Source: Mayamaea pseudoterrestris (lineage: Eukaryota). Taken from it: DNA of 64,000 nucleotides. Shown piece by piece: positions 56,601 to 64,000 of the stretch (positions are counted from its first letter, which is position 1; the number at the start of each line of letters is the position of its first letter). Position numbers and translations under genes: made by a program. The stretch spans positions 310,001 to 374,000 of the forward strand of contig BROI01000012.1 of NCBI GenBank assembly GCA_027923505.1, written 5' to 3'. The notes under the pieces are model-generated. The model did not search any database. It had not been told where the DNA came from and was given only the letters and a program-made list of their open reading frames with translations.

Positions 56601-59435
56601 CCGTTAGGAGCGCCCACTTCGCGGATAAAATCCTCTAACGCGTTTGACATTTCGCTCTCCGACTTCATCGGGTAGCCGCGCGTGTAAAAACTTTCTCGTC
56701 CAACAAAGAGCTGCATCTTAGTAGCTCCCCATGCCCTAGAATTCCATCATCCAAAGCTGGCGTGTCAGAGTGTATCGTGTCCGTGGCGAATAGTTCGCGC
56801 AACCGCTGAACGTTCGCGGCCGGAAATCGTGATTTCGTGAGGTGTCGAAATGGTAATCGCGGGTGTGCGCTGAGATGATACCATGCTTCCGTGTGACGTA
56901 AAAGTCTGTTGAACGCGCTCAGTCGGGACCCATCCGAGGTACGGCCGAAGAGCATTATAGTCCGGTTCCTTGCTTCTTAGCTTCCGCAAATTAACGCGTG
57001 AAAACTGAGCGTGTCGCACGCACCGATTGATCAGTACGTCAAGTTCGTCGCCAGTGCGTGTCGGCGTGTGACGATTGCGGTGCGTGATACCGTCATCATC
57101 GAATCGTTCGTCGAAAGATCCATAATCATGATCTCGTTCGTCGAAATCGTCGTGCGCGTGCTCGACATCGTAAACAGTCGGGTCCCACGGCACGTCCGAC
57201 GTCATGATGACAGTCGGATACTTATCCAAATCATCGAACGTGGGTTTCGTCACGTCCAAGTACACCAGGCCATCGCGAATTGCCAATGGCAAAACGTAGC
57301 CTCCAATGTTCGTCGTAATTCGTTGCGTTCCGCCAAACATGGTCGGAATATCGTCGACGCGATGTCCCATTGCGCGCAATTGATTCGGGCAATGAATCGT
57401 CGGTCCGTCTCGCTTTAAAGCATACTGGTGACACAGAAGCAGAATGGTTTCGCCACTAAGGGTCTTTGCCAGTCCAGCTGCAGTGCCAATCTTGAGAGCT
57501 GGGACAATATGATCGTCAATACCAGTCACATCCACCTCGGCGTTCGTTTCCGAAACGACGAGCATGTCTCCTCCGCATAAGCCTCCGTTCGCGCCGCTGT
57601 CGATGAGCGCGCCTTCGTTGATCCGCTCGTAGTGTGCGCGATTGACGCGCATACGACGATGCATGTTGAAGCTGAATGTACCTCGTCCGGTGTTATCAGT
57701 CGTCAACGATCCTGTCACTTGCTGAGTTGTAGTACTCGCATTGTTCGCTTGCAGAACCGATCGTGCAGCCGTTGGACTGACATTCCACTATTGCCGGGCT
57801 GAATATTAATCGTGCCAGGAACGCTTGCGTGATCGTTCGCTACAGATTCCGTCGCGTGACGCTCTTGATGCGCCGCGTTGACTTGCGTCTGCGTCGTAGC
57901 CGTGCCTCGTTGGGTGCGCGGTCGCCATCCGTTTTCGGGTGTCTTGGGCGCCGTCGCACGCTTGTCCTTCAACTGCTTTCGCTGATCAAACTTCATCTCC
58001 AACCAGACTTCATCCTTCACGCTCGCGTGAGGTTTCTTCATGATCGCTGCAAATCGTTCCGCCGATAAGCCGCTTGGAGTCGCGCCGCCATTGCCGCCGC
58101 CGCCTCCTTTCGTTCCACTAGACTGCGCTTGATTGATTGTGCGCTTAGTCTTCGTCGTCGATGGGTGTTTCTTGTCATACTTGATGCAGCACTCTTCTAA
58201 GTGCGCGTACAACTGCGCGAAATTGTCTTCCGAGTCGTGTTGCCCCATGTGTTTCTTGATGGCAATCATTCCGTCAAAACCTGCTAGTGATGCGCTGAAT
58301 CCTGTGTGCTCGGAGAAAGCGTCGCGTAGCATGTCGTATCGTTGTAAACCTGTCAGAGCTTCTGCGTCCATTTCGAGCAGCCAGATGACTTTCTTGTAGA
58401 ACAGTGCGAGAAATTCGATCGTCGGCCGTGACCACTTCTCGGTCAGCCGCATTCCCTGCAGTTCCGTTCGCGCGCGTTCCTTCTCGATGTGAGCAGTAGC
58501 GCCTTCTTCGTATCGCGTTCGCAATCGTTGGTAGACTTCGCGTCCGTCCATCGTCTTCTTGAACTGCTGTACTGCGAGTGATGCAGACGGAGTTCGACAG
58601 TGCGTGAGAAAGATCCTGTATACAAACACATTCTTCTTTGCATACGCCTTCTGTTCTTTCGGTCCCTTTTCCTTCGGGTCATAATCGTCGTCAAAGACTT
58701 CGTGGAAGTCATGCAATGTAGCGATGACTTTCAACTCGGAAATCCACTGTTTCCACGAGGAATCCAGCTTCATTTCTTTACAATCCCTCGCCGAGAACTT
58801 GATAGACTTCGTAAATTGGTCTGAATACTTCTCGTCGTCTTCGTCGTCGCCGAGGTCCAGTACGGATGTCGGTGACTGCTTCGTGCCACGTCCACACTCG
58901 TCGGTGGCACCTTGTCGGCCGAGGCAGGCTTCGACTCGTTGCCTTCGTTCGTTAGCGTGGAGTCCTTGGATTCGTCCTTCTTGGATTCCGTTTCGCTTTC
59001 CTTCGCTGGAGGTTTCGCTCCGCTTCCGCTGCCCACGCTCGCAATGTTGCGCGCTTGGACTCGTTCCTTCGCTCGTGCTGTGACGAACGTCGCCAGCGTT
59101 TCGGTGGTCAGTTGCGACCATGTCTTGATGTCCGGCGACTCTTGCGCCAAATACCATTCGATCGCGTTCGTGATCGTGCGTTGTTTCATCTTCGTTAGCG
59201 AGTGTTCGCTCGTTTCCTGCGTGACATTGTCGCCATCGTCAGTCGTCGTCGTTGTCGTCGTCGTGACGTTCCACTTCGTCGCGAAATCGTCGTACTCCAT
59301 CTCGATCAGTTGCGTAAGCGATTCTACTCCGAGTTCGTCGAATAACTCCTTGAACTGAGGATCTTGGAAAACGCCTACGTTCTCTTCGTAAACATGCGCA
59401 AACGCCGCGTCTTTCTGCGCGCGAGTTTCCGCCAT
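53655..59435 (-). pseudogene. Copia gag-pol broken into about eight overlapping frames
   Basis: Gag from ATG 59435 (MAETRAQK). Protease ALIDSGANGG. Integrase FATDT, SDNAKSE, TEPGHPEQNPCER. RT RKARLVAGG, ADVGNAYL, KALYGL, YVDD. RNase H EDAN, ATYGSEF, GDNKSV. Confidence 0.9.
56069..56076 (-). promoter_or_regulatory. Candidate central polypurine tract
   Basis: GAGGGGAG, identical to the 3' PPT at 53631-53638, located just after the integrase core (codes SGGE). Confidence 0.55.
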
Positions 59436-59650
59436 CGTTGTCGTCGTGACAATGTTCTTGCTATCACCTGCGGAACTTTCCGGGCCAAGAACCAACGTGC
59501 GTCCACGTTACTTCGTAAATCAATAGTACTCTTCGTCGATAAAGTCTCTATGCCGAGGCAATGAGTCTCAAGACAGTGTTAATCTTGTAACTTGTAAATC
59601 AAATCGTTGCACCTTTCGCTTGTAGCTGTCCTTGGATGGCCAATCCAAGC

Positions 59651-59897
59651 TTGCAGTTGCTACAATACGAGAGACGAATAAATCGCTTTCTTAACTCTTC
59701 AAGCTTAGTAAGTCTGCTTGTTTCTACTCTATATCGCACTAGTTTCAGCAATATACTTGTTGAATCGCTTCGAAGCCGTCGCTGCCACGCATCACGCGAT
59801 CGTGAGGCTGTGGTGAGCCGCGAGTGCCGCTGTGTCACCCTATCGGACATTCGGTGTGACTTGCCCGATTTTCGCTGTTTTCGTTCGCATCCTGCAA
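59651..59897 (-). repeat. Copia 5' LTR, 247 bp
   Basis: Bounded by the inverted repeat TTGCAG...CTGCAA. The right 106 bp match the 3' LTR remnant. The left boundary is inferred from the inverted repeat only. Confidence 0.75.
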
Positions 59898-60481
59898 CTG
59901 GCGACAGTGCAGTGCAACCATGAAGCTCCCAAGTTCATTTCCAGTGACGGGCCCTCTGCGGCCACTGGGGTGGAATACGGAGGTGATTGTAAGGGCTGCA
60001 GTGTCAAGGGGAGTCAAGGCAGTGGTCAGTGGTCCTAGCAAGGCAAGAGCACAAGAGTTGTCAAGGTTCCTGGCGACAGTGCAGTGCGACCATGAAGCTC
60101 CCAAGTTCATTTCCAGTGATGGGCCCTCCGCGGCCACTGGGGTGGAATACGGAGGTGATTGTAAGGGCTGCAGTGTCAAGGGGAGTCAAGGCAGTGGTCA
60201 GTGGTCCTAGCAAGGCAAGAGCACAAAAGGTGTCAAGGTTCCTGGCGACAGTGCAGTGCAACCATGAAGCTCCCAAGTTCATTTCCAGTGACGGGCCCTC
60301 TGCGGCCACTGGGGTGGAATACGGAGGTGATTGTGAGGGCTGCAGTGTCAAGGGGATTCAAGGCAGCTGGCAGTGGTCCTAGCAAGGCATGAGCACAAGA
60401 GTTGTCAAGGTTCCTGGCGACAGTGCAGTGCGACCATGAAGCTCCCAAGTTCATTTCCAGTGATGGCCCTCTGCGGCCACT
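59898..60481. repeat. 172-bp tandem array (~3.4 copies); a further degenerate copy at ~60733-61005
   Basis: CTGGCGACAGTGCAGTGC recurs at 59898, 60070, 60242 and 60414 with near-identical units. Confidence 0.95.
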
Positions 60482-61760
60482 GTGCCAAAGCTCAAACCTG
60501 CTCCAATGAGCTAACCTGTGCCAATGCACCGACTTGCTCCAATGACCTAACCTGTGCCAATGCATGAACCTGCTCCATTGAGCTAACCTGTGCAAAAGCT
60601 CGAACTTGCTCCATTGAGCTGACCTGTGCCAATGCATGGCCTGCTCCATTGAGCGAACCTGTGCCAAAGCTCGAACCTGCTCCAATGAGCTAACCTGTGC
60701 CAAAGCTCAAACCTGCTCCAATGAGCTAACCTGAGTCCCGACTCTCTCCAGTGACGCTAACGCCTGTGAACGGAGGTGATAGTAGGCTGCTGTCAAGGGA
60801 GCCAAGCAGTTCAGTGTCCTAGCAAGGCAAGATGGCGTTCCTGAGTGCAGTCAAATGAACGTTCTGCCCTCTGCCGGACTGGAGGGTGTAAGGCTGCAGT
60901 GTCAAGGGATCAAGCACTGGCTGTCCTGCAAGGCAAGAGCGTTCAGTTCCTGGCCAGTGCATGCGACCATGAAGCTCCAAGTTCATTTCCAGGAGCCCCT
61001 GCGCACCGGCAAACCTGCTCCAATGAGCTAACCTGTGCCAATGCACTGACTTGCTCCAATGACCTAACCTGTGCCAATGCACGAACCTGCTCCATTGAGC
61101 TAACCTGTGCCAATGCATGGCCTGCTCCATTGAGCAAACCGGTGCCAATGCATGGCCTGCTCCATTGAGCTAACCTGTGCCAAAGCTCGAACCTGCGCCA
61201 ATGAGCTAACCTGTGCCAATGCACGAACCTGCTCCAATGAGCTAACCTGTGCCAGTGCACCAACTTGCTGCAATGAGCGAACCTGTGCCAATGCACCGAC
61301 TTGCTCCATTGAGCTAACCTGTGCCAATGCACGAACCTGCTCCAATGAGCTAACCTGTGCAAAAGCTCGAACCTGCTCCATTGAGCTGACCTGTGCCAAT
61401 GCACGAACTTGCTCCATTGAGCGAACCTGTGCCAATGCACCGACTTGCTCCATTGAGCTGACCTGTGCCAATGCACGAACCTGCTCCAATGAGCTAACCT
61501 GTGCCAATGCACCAACTCGCAGCAATGAGCGAACCTGTGCCAATGCACCGACTTGCTCATGGCTGACTTGCCATTCATGAGCTAACCTGTGCCAATACCG
61601 GAGCGAACCTGTGCCAAAACTTGAACCTGCTCCAATGAGCTACCTGTGCCAATGCACCGACTTGCTGCAATGACCTAACCTGTGCCAATGCACGAACCTG
61701 CTCCAGTGAGTGAAGCAGCGCCAATGCACCAACTTGCATCAATGCGTTAACCTGCGCCAA
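60481..61760. repeat. 36-bp minisatellite built from alternating 18-mers, in two blocks (~60481-60732 and ~61010-61760)
   Basis: Consensus GAGCTAACCTGTGCCAAT + GCACGAACCTGCTCCAAT, decaying toward 61760. Confidence 0.95.
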
Positions 61761-61880
61761 TGAGCTGTCAGTGATGTGACAGGCCAGTGAAGTTAAGTAA
61801 TGGGTAGAAATCCAATAGTACATTGCGCTATACTTGTTAAATCAATACCACTGCCAACCAGTGTAGTTAACCAGCATGGG

Positions 61881-64000
61881 TTAAGCAAGATCAAGAGGTG
61901 GCAAATCAACATCAGCACGCTGTGCAATGATTGTCTGCAAACTTGCCCATATGTGCACAGGGATACGTTCGCGCCCCTTTGCACGACCAGTTGGGGTGTG
62001 GCCAGCGTCTTCAAAATTGAATGGACCATATACAAAGCATGCTGGGTCCGTAAGTGTAACGGGGCTGGCTGTGGCAATGTATTTGCCTGGGTCAGGGATG
62101 CGTTGCGCTTGGAATTCTGAGCGCTTGTCACTGAGAATCAAATTGCCGTCAGAATCCACAGTGTATTCACGCCATTCGGTGCGCCAGCGGTGATGATTCC
62201 AAGGGAGGTGTGCATCAGAGTTTTTGCTTGCCTGAAATTCACAATAGTATGTACCCGAATCCTTGTAAGTCTGCGTGCCGGCTGAGCGAGCTGAAGCGTA
62301 CAGGTCTGCTTGAACCAAATGAAGCTGAGGATTGAGTGTACCTTCTGTCACAAAGTTGATAAAGAACAGTTTATCTTCGGAGCCTTCGATTGCCGCAAAC
62401 AAGGCTCGTGGGTCAAGGCAACAAATGCTTGGGTTGTCATGCGGTGAGACTCGCTGGCGTTTTCGTGCTGGTTGCCGTGGAGGAAGGACAAGTTCTGGGG
62501 ATCCCTCAACAATAGTGAGGAGTTCTTCGTTCAATGAATCAATAGTTGGTACAGCAGGATTGGTGGCATCAATGATGGCAGGCACAAGTGGGAGGGGTGC
62601 ATCAGCATCGGGCGGTGGTGGATCCTCGCCATGGAGCCATAAATGGTTGTAAGAGTCAATTCCAAGTGCATCCTTCAAAGGATTTAGCACCGGTGCGCGG
62701 TCCTGGTTCAGATAACGATAATCAATGGAATCAATGGGGCTACAGGGCTGCAAGACAGGAGGCAGAGGCACCAGCAAGCTACCTTTGACGTGACGAAGTG
62801 CACTGGTGGGTTCATCCAGTTTGCGCACATCATACGAGTCGTGACCGGTTGTTGCAATCACCTCAAATGGACCCTTAAAGTTGTAAACAAGCTTGCCAAC
62901 ACGACCTTGAGCAGCATCGCTCTGGACTTGTACTTGGACTGCGACTTTGTCACCAACTTGAAATGATCGGGGCTTGCGGGTGGCATTGATGCGCTCACGA
63001 TGGAGAGTACGTCGTTCGTCAACTAAAAGAGCTAGTATTTCCCGACTCAGTGCAAGGTCTTCACTAACACCAGCAAGGTAACGCTGAACACTCAATGCTT
63101 GGTCATCGGCTGGTTCAGGAAGTGCCTCCATGGCTACCTCAATCGGAAAGCGAAAGACTCGTCCACAAACCACATAGCTGCGCACAATATCCGTCCCTTC
63201 AATAGGCATTGAATTGGAAGCATATGCAGCCAAGGAGGCAACCTCCACATACACTTTGTTGCTGCGGCGCTTGGAGCATTCAATGGTCAAGACTTTATTC
63301 AGATAACGATGGAAACGCTCGCAACGACAGCCTTGATGGTTGCCTTTTGCCAAAACAAGATAATCAAGTTGTAAGGCAGTGCACATGTCTTTGAAATACC
63401 CTTTGAACTTGCTGTCATCATCGATGACAACGCGTGAACAGATACCATACTTGAAGAGCACATCCGCACAAAAGTGGCGAGCAAAGGTAGCCGCTGTGGC
63501 CTTGACAAAGGGTACAATGACCACGAAGCCAGTTAAATCACATACAATGGTTAGAAGACCCGTATAGCCACCATGGAAGGACGTAGTGGAGCCAGGCGCA
63601 AAGGCATCAACATGGAGTAATGCCATAGGTTGCTCAAGAACTGTGCCATGCAGCAATGTGGTAGATGGGCGGTTCACTGCATTTGCCAGGAGGCATTCAG
63701 GGCATCTCTTTATGGCTTGCTCAACATAGCGCTTCATGTGGGGCCAAATGAAGCGCAGGCGTAGGCGAAGAAATGTCTTTCGTTCCCCCATGTGTCCTGC
63801 ACAAGGCGTGGAATGATACGCTTCAAAAACACGCCGACGCAAGGAGTCAGGTACCACAATTAGCTGAATAGCTCGTTGGTCGCGAAGGACTGGCTTGAGG
63901 CACATGAGACGACCATTTTCAATCCAAAAGTGCTTGGCTCTAATGAGTGGGCGAAACAATTCGCTCACTCGGCGATAATCCATTGGCTCCCAAGCTGCGT
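61881..64000 (-). mobile_element. Ty3/gypsy pol 3' end: integrase with a long C-terminal extension; the ORF continues past the window
   Basis: HHCC motif YHSTPCAGHMG...CPEC, DDE core LHVD / IDDDSKF / CERFHR and GPF/Y motif KGPFEV. Integrase is the last domain of pol, which is the gypsy order. No stop between 63983 and 64000. Confidence 0.9.

Larger units (their letters stand above)
53525..59897 (-). mobile_element. Ty1/copia LTR retrotransposon (CoDi-like) with multiple frameshifts and a truncated 3' LTR
   Basis: Domain order gag, protease, integrase, RT, RNase H. The 106-bp LTR segment 53525-53630 recurs at 59792-59897. PPT GAGGGGAG at 53631-53638. Confidence 0.95.

Noticed and set aside
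59835..60703. Repetitive ORFs in the 172-bp array
   Set aside because: The period is not a multiple of three, so frames rotate between units; there is no coding signal.
60481..61760. CRISPR-like array (36-bp period)
   Set aside because: Units are head-to-tail with no unique spacers, there are no cas genes, and the context is eukaryotic.

Overview
Eukaryotic nuclear DNA, most likely from a diatom. This is inferred from compact genes with 64-125 nt GT-AG introns, diatom-style gene families and a CoDi-like copia element. The left end (1-~6.4 kb) is a minus-strand DIRS-order tyrosine-recombinase retrotransposon. Its gag and RT/RNase H ORFs are in the same frame, separated by one TGA followed by a 14-bp hairpin, and an overlapping recombinase ORF runs off the window. 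The middle (6.8-47 kb) holds about 18 host genes: M32 carboxypeptidase, sulfotransferase, HSF, LYRM7-like, UBA plus tegument-type DUB, telobox Myb, MINDY DUB, beta-propeller, class 3 lipase, symplekin, choice-of-anchor-I protein, GNAT, receptor kinase-guanylate cyclase, CLN3 and others. The right end (47-64 kb) is a transposon-rich, decaying zone. It contains a 677-bp TRIM with identical 206-bp LTRs that splits a gene, a frameshifted Ty1/copia element, 172-bp and 36-bp tandem arrays, and a Ty3/gypsy integrase. The main lead is the TRIM-copia pair. The TRIM LTR carries a 59-nt tRNA-like fold, and its PPT and U3 end match the copia. The copia lacks a normal PBS but carries inside pol a 52-nt antisense copy of the TRIM U5-PBS junction, beside a central PPT. 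All family assignments are from motif recognition by eye; no searches were run.
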